The notes: generated by a model from the sequence alone, not told the origin. A stretch of DNA of 61,767 nt, filler included, from Choristocarpus tenellus KU-1152 (GCA_964200185.2; 13 parts of 13 records of this genome joined end to end with filler, not necessarily neighbours in it); one strand, 5' to 3'; positions 1-12,500 are shown, numbered from the whole stretch's first letter. Numbers and translations: made by a program.

Positions 1-639
1 CGGGCTTTGGTGCGTATAGCACAGTGCCCTGGTGGTGGGTGCAACGAGAGCAACAGTAAGTGCATGGTAGGCCTCTTCGGCCATCAAAATATCATTCGTA
101 CTGAAGCCGTCCGAGAGAAGTTCCTCGTAGGAGCATTTTTGATTGACTGGTCTTTTACTTGTCAACGCATCCAAACAGTGAGTACATCGGCAATGCATGA
201 TGAAACGCCTCCACCAGTCCTAGTAGTCCGAGTCGTCCAATAGCTTTGGTGGTTGGGTTCTTGATCTCTTTGTCGTAGGGCGAACAATATTTGCGCCTGT
301 CCCCAAGCTCTCCCAAGAACCGGACTTCCGGCTTGCACCACTTCTGATGCTCGCTGCATCCAAACTGTTTCCCCTCTCCGGGAAATTTTCCCTCAACATG
401 GGTTCCATAGGACCCAATTCGACTGGTACGCCCCCAGCCGGAGGCTGTGTGCTGGGGGCAGCGGCCTGGACGACGGGATGATTTTCGTCGCCGACTCTTT
501 CAGACTGAACCATGAGATTGCCAACGTTTCTTGACAACTCCGCTACCGACGCCATAAACTGTCTGAATTCTTGGAAAGATGAGCCCTCGGAAGGAGCAGG
601 TTCCCGCAATTCTTGAATCACATCTCCTCGTGTAGACAT
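1..639 (-). pseudogene. Ty1/copia-like gag N-terminal region, degenerate and truncated by the window edge
   Basis: ORF 639-220 continues in frame past a TAG: PPKLLDDSDY*DWWRRFIMHCRCTHCLDAL...ELLSDGFSTNDILMAEEAYHALTVAL...SP. This resembles the copia gag (Retrotran_gag_2-like) layout. Confidence 0.6.
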
Positions 640-866
640 GATGAAGTGATGGGTGAAAACCTAAGGTTAATATATTGAGTTAAAGTATCCCCAAAATCAT
701 CAAAGTGGGTAAAGGCGATAAACCCGGCGAGATTGCTTGGTGTCTCTAGAGTGATTGATTAAATTTAGGTGGNNNNNNNNNNTAGGTGGGGCATGCAAGT
801 CCCCATAATATCAGAAATATTTCCTTTTATATGAGAAAATTCTCCTTCAACTAATCACTAGAAAAA

Positions 867-960
867 GGTTCTGATAACTCAACCACTAATTGATTGTTCT
901 GTTACTCCATACATATTTCACCTTAACTGTCCGATAGAGTTGGAAGAGTCTAATCGAACA
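867..960 (-). mobile_element. Putative short LTR remnant and PBS-like site of the copia element
   Basis: Minus strand reads TGTTCG(960)...AGAACA(895) with a 5-bp terminal inverted repeat, then TGGTTGAGTTATCAGAACC (885-867), upstream of gag. Confidence 0.4.
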
Positions 961-1260
961 CCAGACTATCTCTATCGGGTTCAATTCACAGTGGTCCTTT
1001 GGAAGCATCAAGCAGTGTCCTGCAAGACGCTCAACCAGAATCTTAAGGCTCGGTTCTACCACCTTGAAATTCGGCTGCTCCCCAAGAACGCATGCCATGC
1101 TAATCCTCTTATTCATGTCCTTGCCCCCGTCCTTGATCATCCCAGGGATAAACATACCTCTCTCTTGCAAAATCTGTCTCATCCCTTTAACATGTCCAAC
1201 ATACTCCACCTTCTCGCCTTGTGGGCGAGTGGAAATCCTCTGTCGATATCCCTTGCCCCG
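961..1260 (-). pseudogene. IS630/Tc1-like DDE transposase fragment
   Basis: KGMRQILQERG...VLGEQPNF...GHCLMLPKDHCELNPIEIVW matches the C-terminal LPxxxxELNPIExxW motif; similarity stops right after the W, where the LTR remnant begins. Confidence 0.8.
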
Positions 1261-1436
1261 GGCTTCCCCGGCACCGGACTAACTCAAATCCATAAAAAAA
1301 AAACCACACCACAACGTCAACGTCGTCAGGTAACAGCTCGGAGCTCATTGGGCGTCACAGTGTCCTGTAAGGGGGTTAAACAGTATTAACCTAAGGTCCG
1401 CCAGCGACGTACTTTTTGGACATTTACCAATATTGA

Positions 1437-1730
1437 TTTTTTTGAAAAGGTTGCCCAACGAGAGTTAATCGACGATCAGCATATAGAATGGAGCTCTTGG
1501 TATAAGCTGTCGATTTCTGCAAAGAAATTCTTCGGCGAAGATATTCTTGGTGGTGAAAATTTATTCCAAAAGATTTTCAAGATTGTGGCGAGAACATTCG
1601 GTTAAGTTGTAACCTTACAAAAACAATCTTACGAAAGAATTTCTTCCCAAAATCGATAGTTTAGATCAAGAGCTTTCATTCGGTATGCTGATGGTCGACT
1701 AACTCGACAGCCAACATTTCCAAAAAATTC
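1437..1730. repeat. Imperfect inverted repeat (arms of roughly 70-95 bp), probably a DNA-transposon subterminal region
   Basis: GAGTTAATCGACGATCAGCATATAGAATGGAGCTCTTGG...AAGAAATTCTT (~1462-1532) matches the reverse complement of ~1635-1705. Confidence 0.75.
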
Positions 1731-1904
1731 TAGATCGGTCTGATCATAGAGACGACTGTGAACACTTGTACAATCGGTGTAGTTATATAACAAAAGGTCG
1801 ATATTAGAGAAAACGGGTTATAGGAGAGGGTAAATTGCCTTGTCATGACTTTTCAGACTATGAGAGAGGTTTCGGCGTTTTCGTCCCAATTCTATCTCAT
1901 ATCG

Positions 1905-3200
1905 AGCGCTGAACTTGGTATTGCCATGCTAGAAAAGCTTCTACACCAGAGTCTCATACACACGTCAAAAGTAGGGCACTGTCTAATAAGACTCCACCCC
2001 TTCCAAGATAAACACAAACACAGACGCAAAATCATAGTAAACCTCCTACCCCAGAGTCTCATATACTCGTCAAAAGTAGGGTACTGTCTAATAAGACTCC
2101 ACCCCTTCCAAGATAAACAAACACAAATACAGACACAAAACCATAGTAGCACTGAACTTGGGTATTGCTATGGACTCTCCCCTTTCAGAACTAAAACACA
2201 GAAATGACAGGGCATTAAGACCATGACTCACAGTCACAAAAGAGATTGGGTGCTGTAGAGTCAAAATATCTTAGAGCGTAGAGCCGCGTCCATTTGACGT
2301 CCAAAATCCAATGTTATGATTTTGATGTAATTTTGGCCATCGTGTTTGTTAGGAGATGTCAATATCCTTGTTCCAGACACACGTTTTCATAACATACACA
2401 TGTTACCTACTCTGAATCATTTTGGAGTAGGTAAAATGTTACTTAAAACCCCTGGGAAGCCAAGCCCCAAATGGACAAAGAGGCAAAAACTCGTACCCTC
2501 TAAGATACTTTCACTCGTAATGAAAAGGCTTACCCTTGCTAGGAACTACGAATATATACCCAAAAATTCAAACATCTTACTATAAAAAATAACAATAGAG
2601 AGCATTTCAGCAAGTCTTTCCCTCTTCACAACTATCAGCTAAAAAGATACAGTTACAAAATTACAATAACACTGAAATAGGGTACTGCTTAGACTGTCCC
2701 CTTCACAGCTATAAACACAAATTATAGGACATCAAGATTTCTCACAGTCACAAACAAAAACAAGGTCCTGCCATATGAAGGCTTGCTCAACCCATATGAA
2801 CAATGTACATACAAACAAAAGACTCAGAAAAATAGGGAGTGTCATAGTAAGACTCTCCCCCCTCACAAATATCTCCACAAATGAATATGAATGCAAAATT
2901 ACAATAGCACTGAAATAGGGTGTTGTCATAGACTCTCCCCCTTCAGAACTAAACACAAACAACTATAGGACACCAACACAATTGCCCCACAGTCCCATAG
3001 AGGTAGGGTGCTGCCATGGAAAGGCTTACCTTCTCTAGGAACTATGAACATACAAACAAACAAGACAAGCGTCTTACAATATCATCAAAGTTGGGAGTGT
3101 CATAGCTAGACTCTCCTGCTTCAGAACTATAAACATAAACAAGTATAAGACACAAGAATAATCTCTCGACAAACACAGACAAAATGTCTAGCAATAGCAT
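1905..3200. repeat. Degenerate complex tandem repeat array
   Basis: Recurring core TAGGGTACTG...AGACTCTCCCCCTTCAGAACTAAACAC; the closest pair of units (~105 bp) is at ~1940-2145. Confidence 0.7.
2258..2516 (+). mobile_element. MITE family A (~260 bp, ~23-bp TIR)
   Basis: GAGTCAAAATATCTTAGAGCGTA...TACCCTCTAAGATACTTTCACTC; GTA duplicated on both sides. Confidence 0.9.
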
Positions 3201-3218
3201 AAAAATCTATAAGCCATA

Positions 3219-3487
3219 GAGCCAAAGTATCTTAGAGGGTAGAGCCGCGTCCATTTGGGGGTCAAAATACAATGTTGTGATTTTGATGTAATTTTTGCCC
3301 TCGTGTTTGTTAGGGTTAGGGTTAACTGTCAATATCCATGTTCTGGACACATCTTTTTCATAACGTAAACAATTTACCTACTCCGAAGCATTTTGGAGCA
3401 GAAAAATGTCATAAAAAACCCCATGGGAAGCCAAGCCCCAAATGGACAAACAGGGCAAAACTCGTACCCTCTAGGATACTTTCACTC
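3219..3487 (+). mobile_element. MITE family A, TSD CATA
   Basis: TIRs GAGCCAAAGTATCTTAGAGGGTA / TACCCTCTAGGATACTTTCACTC flanked by CATA...CATA; internal (TTAGGG)2 tract at ~3310. Confidence 0.92.
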
Positions 3488-3491
3488 CATA

Positions 3492-3640
3492 GCAAGACCT
3501 TTCACACTGGTTAGAGTGCGAAAAGGCAGACAAGCTATTCGCCTGTAACATGCCCCCCAGCGTGAACTAGGAATACATGTTTCACGCTTACCACAGGCGA
3601 TTATCACGGGTCAGGACAATAAATATCATCTATCACCTCG
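3492..3640 (-). mobile_element. Ty3/gypsy-family pre-PPT region, PPT and LTR start
   Basis: Reverse complement matches 16906-17011 over ~110 bp, including CACGCTGGGGGGCA|TGTTACAGGCGAATAGC. Confidence 0.7.
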
Positions 3641-3694
3641 AATCGTGCTGCAGCAGCATGTATTAGTGGCCACATGGTGACATAGGGGTTCCAG

Positions 3695-3815
3695 TTCCGA
3701 CTCTGTACCGACTCCGTTCCCACTCTGCCAGTTTTTTTTTCGACCTAGGGACTCCCGTTCCGACTCCGTTCCCACTCTGCCAGGTTTCTTGCGACCTAGG
3801 GACCCAGTTCCGACC
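3695..3815. repeat. ~52-bp tandem repeat, a little over 2 copies
   Basis: CCGACTCCGTTCCCACTCTGCCAG...CGACCTAGGGAC occurs twice. Confidence 0.8.
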
Positions 3816-4017
3816 AAACCTGTTACAAGAGGGCTTATTGTCTCGATTCCGCTGACTGAATATGTGGGTGAGACCAGTGCAGCCTACCATGTGGGATTTG
3901 CAACGTCCACATGGATAATCATAAAATAATCATATCTACTTACCATACGTGCCATATACAATATATCAACTGATGATCCAATATCAGTTCCCTACCATAC
4001 ATGAACGTTGTGTAGAG

Positions 4018-4117
4018 NNNNNNNNNNNNNNNNNNNNNNNNNNNNNNNNNNNNNNNNNNNNTTAATTAATTAANNNNNNNNNNNNNNNNNNNNNNNNNNN
4101 NNNNNNNNNNNNNNNNN
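4018..4117. other. Artificial contig-joining linker (N44-TTAATTAATTAA-N44), first of 12
   Basis: The same 100-nt linker occurs at 9020-9119, 15113-15212, 18986-19085, 28452-28551, 31273-31372, 36313-36412, 40470-40569, 46156-46255, 48919-49018, 51725-51824 and 55357-55456. The 12-mer places stop codons in all six frames. Confidence 0.97.
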
Positions 4118-4118
4118 T

Positions 4119-4172
<54 letters not shown>

Positions 4173-4410
4173 GGGGGGGGGGGGGGTGAACGCTTGATTT
4201 GAGTGCCTACAAAAAGCTAAATCGTTTTGCTTGTACCGAGGCAGTTAGTTGTGCAAGGGGTAAAACAAGGTCTTCCCTTCACTTTGATTAATGCATTTAT
4301 TTTATTCTACATCTAGTTTTCTTAAAATTGTGTTTTCGTTTGTGCTGTGTCTGATGTGCGATTACTATTTCTGACTGAACACGAAAGGCCTGCTCATCGA
4401 GGAAATCACA

Positions 4411-4713
4411 GTGTCGTTCAATGACTATAGGTGTTGTTCAATGACTATAGGCGTTGTTCAATGACTGTAGGTGTTGTTCAATGACTGTAGGCGTTGTTCA
4501 ATGACTGTAGGTGTTGTTCAATGACTGTAGGTGTTGTTCAATGACTGTAGGCGTTGTTCAATGACTGTAGGTGTTGTTCAATGACTATAGGCGTTGTTCA
4601 ATGACTGTAGGTGTTGTTCAATGACTATAGGCATTGTTCAATGACTGTAGGTGTTGTTCAATGACTATAGGCGTTGTTCAATGACTGTAGGTGTTGTTCA
4701 ATGACTATAGGTG
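4411..4713. repeat. 20-bp minisatellite, 15 copies
   Basis: GYGTTGTTCAATGACTRTAG units in direct tandem, no spacers. Confidence 0.97.
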
Positions 4714-6812
4714 GGAGAGTTCTCTCTCTCTCGGTCAAGAGCTGTGCAGTTGTAGTGGAATTAATGCAGGGTTTGATAGAATAACATAGGGGTCTTTTTT
4801 GGGGAGTGGACTGCTAACAAATTCAGGAAATTCCTGGTTTGCTTTTGAGTAAGCAATTTGAGATCCGCGGAGTGGTATGAGGTTGTGATATTGTTTACTT
4901 CATAGGTGAACAAAATACAATTACACATTGTATGTCACTGTTGGTTTCTTGCATGGTCATAAATACTGCTGGCTGGCCCTCATGCTTGTATTATGTACTG
5001 AACCAAAGAGTGGAAGCAAGATTTGTAGGCAAGCAACCGAACGTTTTTGGCACTATTAGTTGCCATTATTTCCCTTAAAGAAAACATTTTTTGATTGATG
5101 TAAGATTAAGATGGAGATGATTTGGAGATGTGAATCCAATTCCTTTTTCTTGGAGAGTTAAAGCGGGATGACGCATACACCTTAACTTCGCTTCTGACTT
5201 GTGTGCAGTATTTAAAAAGTATAAAAAAACTATTACGAAGTAGTGTTCCAGGATAAGTTTCCTTTAAAAAAAAATACATAATCGAATTCTCAATTAGCCA
5301 TAGCCCTAGAGTATTGCGGGTTAACTAGTATGACAAGCGCAGAATAAAGATGAAAGATACAGTATGGTTCAAATCATGTTTCTTGCTGAGGGGTGCGTCC
5401 CTTAGAGCAATTAGACACGTCTTGTCTGCAGGAGCTGAAGTTTCTCCCTCCCCACATTGCCATGGTGGACTAACTGTGGGACTAGAAAGGTCCTTTTTTG
5501 GACCATTTTTTACGAAAATGCAACCGTCACCATCCCACACACTCGTTTCTCCTACAGAAGAAGATGCTTCTATATTTTGGCAAGTCCTACCCCAGATGAT
5601 ACCCATATGGATAGTATGTGGGAAGAACTCCCCACTTGTTTAGAATGGTGTTATATAACCTTTTTGGTATGTATAACTCTACCTTAAAATATACTTTTCC
5701 ACCTCACGGTATGCTTTGACCTTACTATACACTTAACTTTTGTATCAAAATATATAGTTAATGCATATAGTTAATACATATAGTTAATACATGTAGTTAA
5801 AAATATAGCGACACCTTTAACCTTTCGCCATCTTTCTGATCATCCAGAGAGAGGGCTAGGGGCTAGGATTAGTTCGACCTGCAGTGTCCATCTACATCCC
5901 ACTTGAGAATATTATCTACAGCGTAGATATGAATTGATTTCTGGGCAAATTCCCGACATGCGTTCTTTTCATGTATGGTGTGTCTGACAGTACTTTAAGC
6001 TAACCACAGCATTACTTCTAGCAAAAGCTATATATTTTTTTCACAATGATCTCACCTGGGCTGAGGACTACATAGAGAGACTGCATAGAGGGTCAACAAT
6101 GCCTGGGTGTAGCCGGCAGGACTAAGTGGAGCATACAGCTACTATTAATACGTGTAATTGCCATTGGCCTATCTTTATGAACACATTTTGGTTCAAAAAC
6201 TTTTCCTGCAGCTGACCTTTTCATTTTTTCCCCTAATCCTAATCCTATCATTGACAAATTTTACGGAGGCTGGTTGATCAGTAACCTATCCATATTCACA
6301 ACACATTGCACCTTATCTCTGAATCTCCACTCTTACAAAGTACTTACTCTTGTACTGTGTATAGAAATATAAAAATGTATGCTGTTGTGTGTGTGATCTT
6401 TGAAGTATAGATCCTTGTAGTGTCTTTAAATGTCGTGTATGTATGTATGTATGTATGTCATGTACTTTGTGTTGACAGTATTGTGCTTCCCTGTGCATCT
6501 ATTAAAGAGCTTGTGTGGATGAGGAACAAACCTCTAGGATCTTCTGTGAACAGACCAAGTGTGTATTTTATTCTTTGTACTGTGTATGTTCTTACTAAGT
6601 ACCACACATATATTTACGTGTTTTTGAGTTTTGAATGTGTACCATGTACTATGCATGTTTATGCTTTGTACAATAGGTATATGGACAATGCATGTGATAC
6701 AAACCAAAAAATTAATTGAATGCCGCTTTATACTGGTGGAAAAGTAGTATTATGTTCTGAATCACATACTGTGTGAAAGAAAAACATGCATCCTGTGCTA
6801 TGGTTATTTTGA

Positions 6813-7066
6813 GTACCATGTACCATGTACCATGTACTATGTACCTTGTACCATGCACCATGTACCATGTACCATGTACCATGCACCATGCACCATGTAC
6901 CATGTACCATGTACCATGCACCATGCACCATGTACCATGTACCATGTACCATGTACCATGCACCATGCACCATGTACCATGTACCATGCACCATGTACCA
7001 TGTGCCATGTACCATGTACCATGTACCATGTACCATGTACCATGTGCCATGTGCCATGTACCATGT
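6813..7066. repeat. 7-bp satellite (CCATGTA/CCATGCA)n, about 36 copies
   Basis: Direct heptamer repeat; it produces the spurious MYHVPCT and MVHGTWY ORFs. Confidence 0.97.
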
Positions 7067-7125
7067 GTGTATGTTCACACTCCGAGGTAGTATGTGATAA
7101 TATGAAACTGTATCCGCTTCACATT

Positions 7126-7421
7126 GAGTAAAAGTATCTTAGGGTTAGGGTACGAGTTTTGCCCTGTTGTCCGTTTGGGGCTTGACTTCCCACAAGTTTT
7201 TATGACATTTTACCTACTCTGAAATGTTTTTGAGTAGGTAAATTGTAAATTGTATACGTTATGAAATGGTGTCTTCGGAACACGGATACTGACACTTCCT
7301 AAACAAGGATATTGACACTTCCTTAACAAACACGATAGCCAAAATTACATCAAAATCCCAACATTGGATTTTGGCCCCCAAATGGACACATCTCTACCCT
7401 AACCCTAAGATAATTTGGCTC
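7126..7421 (-). mobile_element. MITE family A, both TIRs carrying TTAGGGTTAGGG
   Basis: GAGTAAAAGTATCTTAGGGTTAGGGTA...TACCCTAACCCTAAGATAATTTGGCTC; internal sequence is the reverse complement of family A with a small duplication. Confidence 0.9.
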
Positions 7422-7660
7422 GTTCTAAATCCAACATGTATACATACACATGCTGGTTGGAAAACTCCAAATGAATTCACTACTGGTGTGGATTTGCTTC
7501 TGAATTGCATCACTGTGTCAAAATAGGGTTAGGGTTTGGTCAGTGTGGTGTATGACCGAGAAAGAGACTGTTGGTGGTATATGTGGAGAATTGTTTTTAC
7601 TGCTTGTGGTAGTTGTGACATGGGAAAATTTTGTTTTGTCACTGTAACTTAAAGGGCTTC

Positions 7661-7698
<38 letters not shown>

Positions 7699-9514
7699 AT
7701 ATATATTGAGGGGTGATCCTAACCCTAACTCTAAGCTCTTTTTTGTTATTGCAATTTTTTTTGGTTGTATGCGTTTTGGGATAGGGGGGGAGGCGGGGAG
7801 GGGGGGCATTATCCTATTGTGTGTTAATAAAAGTGTTGTATATGAGGTGTGTGTATTTCCTTTGGTAAAGGGGAGGCACTATGATGTCGGCGTTAGGAAT
7901 TACTGTACAGCAGGAGGATAGCCGACACTCGTAATGAACTCTTTCGGGTTGTTGATTCAATATTTGATTTGCCATATTCGGAATATACCTACTGCAATAG
8001 TACACAAACATCAAGAAAGAAATTATGTGAAATGTGAGCTGTGATGTGTGAAATGTTTTGGTTATTATGGATATTTGAAAATCGATGAAACAGTCATTTA
8101 TTTATTTTTTTCAAAAGTAGTCTGTGACAGTTACACAGTGCGGTGTTTGACAAAAGAGAGGTGACACGGGCTACAACTTCTTCGGAAATTTCCCACTCTC
8201 TGTGCACATCGATTGGTGGAGTGGTGTAACATGCCATTTACCGTGAAAGATTGGAAGTGATTTCACATACAATGTCTACACTTTTTCCCTTATACATGTC
8301 ATACCACAACTTGGACAGAGACCCTATTTTTCAGGCTGGTCGCCTTCCTTCCTTTCTTACTTTCCTTGAGACCATATCAATCGATGTGCTTTCAAGAGAG
8401 TTGTTATGAATCGAAATTGTTTTATGAAAAATAAGTATACCTTATTTGGGTCGAGAACTCTTGATTTGCTTGGTTATGATTGAAAAGTACGCAGTGATGA
8501 TGCGTAGGAATTGAATTGAGGCATGTGAAACGCTGAGGTCTGCGAGCGGAGCACGCAGAACGCATTAGCGTGAATAATAACCAATCAAGAACTTCTCAAT
8601 TTTTCGGTTTCAATCTTACTTTGCAGCTCATTTGAATGTAGTATTACGACCATTTTATGTTTGAAGTAAAGTTTACTTTTTAAATCTCCTGTTTTGTTGA
8701 TCAGAACGGAGGGGAAAGACTTCTTCCTGTCCTCGGGGTAAAAAATTAGGGTTAGGGTTTTAGCGCGGGTACATTTATGTATATATTTCTACTACTGTTA
8801 TGTAGTGGTATGATAGGCTGGAGGTTTGGATTGGAGGTGTTAACACCATTCTGAATAAGGGGGGAGATTCACTGTGGTTGATGCGGCCATAACCCTAGGG
8901 AGTGTGATCTGTTGCACGCTGTTGATTGTTTTCAACAACTTACCACAGTGGGTATCGCTGTGTGTGGTGTGGTCACTGACGATCAGGTTAATTTGTGGAA
9001 AAGGCTCAAAGTATCTGGGNNNNNNNNNNNNNNNNNNNNNNNNNNNNNNNNNNNNNNNNNNNNTTAATTAATTAANNNNNNNNNNNNNNNNNNNNNNNNN
9101 NNNNNNNNNNNNNNNNNNNCCTCACCCCCCTCCCCCCCCCCCCCCCTCCCCCCCCGTCGCCCCCCCCCCCCCCCCCCCCCCCTTATTAATTATCCCATCC
9201 AAAGAAAACAAACAGCATGCCACAGGCAAACCAGAACATTTTCTTGATAGCTGTTCATGAGGGTCATGAGGGCCAGATGACATAGATCTTCCCAGTCCTG
9301 TTGAGAATAAAGAGCAGGCGGGGTGTTCAATTGGGTTCTTGTTCCCAAAGTATATGGTAGCGGGGAATGTAGTAGCAATCATTTAAGGTTGCATCAGTTC
9401 AAATTTTGTGTTTCATATGGTGTTGAAAGGGATCCGTGTGCTCTGCATTTGAGCATACTTGAATTTCTCTCCTCTTGATTACTTCACATCTGAATGTCAC
9501 CTCTCATGCATTAG

Positions 9515-12500
9515 GAATGGAGCGCCATGTGGCTGGTTCCAATACAAGTGCCCTCTTGGTGGCACATAATGGACTGGCCCGCCTCTTAAAGCAGCACTGG
9601 TCAGTGATGCTGGGAGGAACACTGGATGCACCCGTCCTCCTGTCCCACTTATGCCACATCTATCGAGATGGACTAAGGCAGGTAATGTGTATGTTGAGGA
9701 AGACAATCATTATGCCAGGAGGTATTACATTCTGTCAAATGCTTGATTGAACAATAGAGAGGAACACTTCATTGTTGCTGTTCAGACATGCAATCTCTGC
9801 CATCCAAAAGTTGTGCTCTGTGCCTTCCTTTGAGACCCCACACTTGCTATCCCATATCCATGAGTACTTGAGTTGAGCATTGAGCTTGACTGTAGTAATA
9901 GACTGGGATATATCTTCCTTACCCTCCCTCACACATTCCCTCCTATATGTCCAAGTGTATTGCACAACAGTAGGATCAAATTGGTCTTTTGTGGCCAGCA
10001 TGGGAAATAGTTATATCTACAATAGACTAGTCTTGATGGTTGGTGTGCATAAGCCTATCCTATCCTAGTGTATATACTAAATGAACACAACTTGAGCAGA
10101 AGTCCATTGGTAAAAACAGCAGTATGTTGGATAGAGGTAAAGTACACACGAGATACAGAAGCTCAAATCCCAACCTCATTGGTGTATTGCTTGCAGTTGC
10201 ATGCATCTACAATTGTAATCAGAGGAATCCACGCTCCAGTGCTGCACTTCTCAGTCTTTCATTTACATCCTTTCCATGCTCCCTGTTGCAACAGCTGGAT
10301 AAAGCCTTGTCTGATGAGGTGGGAAAATGGAACAAGGCTGCTGGGTCTGGAACCAGGGTGGGTGCAGTAACTGAGGCAAAAGCAGGAATCCAAGCTAGGG
10401 ATGGATGCAGGAGTGGTGATAGGGTTGGGGTGACTGGGAGGGGAGAGCCATATAGCGTGGATGAGGCACACCTGAGAAAATTTGGGAAGCTGCTAGCAAC
10501 AATTGGTGCTCGAATATCATCGCTGCTGCGTCATCTAGGCCCTGAATGTGGGGAGGACATGTTTAAAGATGCAGTACTGCTCTTGGCAGAGGTGACTTTT
10601 CCTTTTGTGCAAAGGTTCATGTATTACGTCCATGTTCGTACTGGTGGTTTTTAGTAGTAGTACTGGCTAAGATTATGCTATAGGTTAGGATGTTTATATT
10701 TTGAGACATGGCACTATTATAGGGGTTGGGTTATGAGGGCAAGGATGACGACCCTGATATTCGATGAGGTAATATTTAACCTGACATTTTAGTTTGAGGT
10801 TTAAGGCTGTGTACTGATTACTATTAATAAGTGTGTAGTTGAGGTGGGATCAAGATTGATTTTTGTACATGTGTTGTGTTTTAAGGAATGGAATCCTCCA
10901 GAGTATGAGTGTTAATCTGATAGTGTCGGAACATGGCTAGCTAGGTTTCTTGAGTTGGAGACAGTGTTGAGATGATGTTTGAAAGATAAAGAGTGATATA
11001 AGTTTTGATCTGAGGGTTGTGATACTTGCTTTCAGACCCTGAGATTAGGGTTGAGGCTGGAATTGGAGAAGATGTGAGGATGTTGCACTCTGCAGGTCTC
11101 CTGCTCTAGGATGTACTAGGGCATAGAGGATGGAGGTTGCACATGTTGTAGAGTTTGGAAATCCCCGTCCCCTGAGCAACAAGAGTGTGGCAATATCTAG
11201 GGTGTTGTATCTCATGACCTACAAATCTTACAGGGGGTACTTCCAGGTGTAGCATTGACATTACAGGCTAAACTGTTGATGTTGACATTGGTTTATGGCA
11301 ATACCACAGTAAGTGTATGATTGGGATCAGAATTGAGTCTAGTTCCTGTTGATCTGCATCTCTCACTGAAGTGAACACTTGATGGGGGTTGTATGACTAC
11401 CATGCAGAGTTTTCTGAAACTCTATTTACTTGAAGCAACAATGGTGACCTCTTTGATATTCAAGTTCACTCTCCTCCCATCCTTATTATCTTACCCAGCC
11501 ATCCTTACCTGGATAAGCCACCCCTCCCCTCCCACAAACTCTTGATCAATCTTTTAAAAAACGAGTAGGGTGTATCCAAGATATACCCTGGAGAAGCAGC
11601 TAAACGTCGCTTCACAATCAACATTGAGGCTTCTGACCAACAAAACAAAAGTCGGAAAAGTGGGAACGTGCTGTCCAAGCCCCCATCTTCACTCCACTCT
11701 TGTGACATTAATGCCACCTCCAAGACCGATGCCCCATCTCACCCTGCCACCCCTCCTGGAAGGGTCCAATCTGCCGCTAGTGTTGTCAGTGATGTGGTAT
11801 TTGGAAGGGTGGTTGAAGCGTTCTTGTCCATGGTAGCCCCTCCACCATGTGCTAGAAATATTTCAGGAGGCAAGGAGGTTGAAAAGGTTGAAGAGCTGGG
11901 GGCAGAGTTGAAGGATAGTGGTGCTGCTGCAGGAGATTGTCACTGCTACTCCACGGGCAAAGGTTTCCACAATCCTTGGACCGCATTAGCCGCATTGTGC
12001 CCATCAAGAGAGCACGAGGACATATTTAGAACAGGTGAGGCTCTGGGTTGCCCTGGGGCCAGCACAAATAACTCCAAGTCTGAGACACAGAACAAAGTAA
12101 GCACCACCACCCTTGGAGCTGTGGTGCTTTTGTGTGAGGCCTTACGTGTTCCAGAGCGTCTATCACCACAGCTATTACCATGCCTAAAGCAGTGCTACTC
12201 CTGGATTATGGTACACCTTGCAAGACTATTTCCTCTGTGGCTGTCATTTGTGGTGAATGAGTCAAGGGCAAGCCAAGCTATAGGAGCAGGAGGAAAGGAG
12301 AGACTAACAGAAGATGTTGTTGAGGTGCTACTGGCTCAAGTCTCTTTGGTTTTAGGTCAGCATATGGGGTGCAGAGCGGTTACAGAGTTTGAAGAGGTGC
12401 AGGTGAGTCATCATGTGTGGGAAGTCATTGCCTCATGTGGCCATCAATTAATGCTACAAATAATTTCCATTGCAACCAATCTCTGTTTCTAAGAACACCC

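Noticed and set aside
4062-4073. Regularly recurring TTAATTAATTAA motif as a biological site
   Set aside because: It is always embedded in exactly 44+44 Ns; it is an assembly spacer with stops in all frames.
4411-4713. CRISPR-like array
   Set aside because: Units are directly adjacent with no unique spacers, the context is eukaryotic and there are no cas genes.
5325-5687. Overlapping short ORFs in contig 2
   Set aside because: No recognisable homology or convincing splice pair.
6712-7131. Six overlapping ORFs (MYHVPCT / MVHGTWY repeats)
   Set aside because: They are translations of the heptamer satellite.
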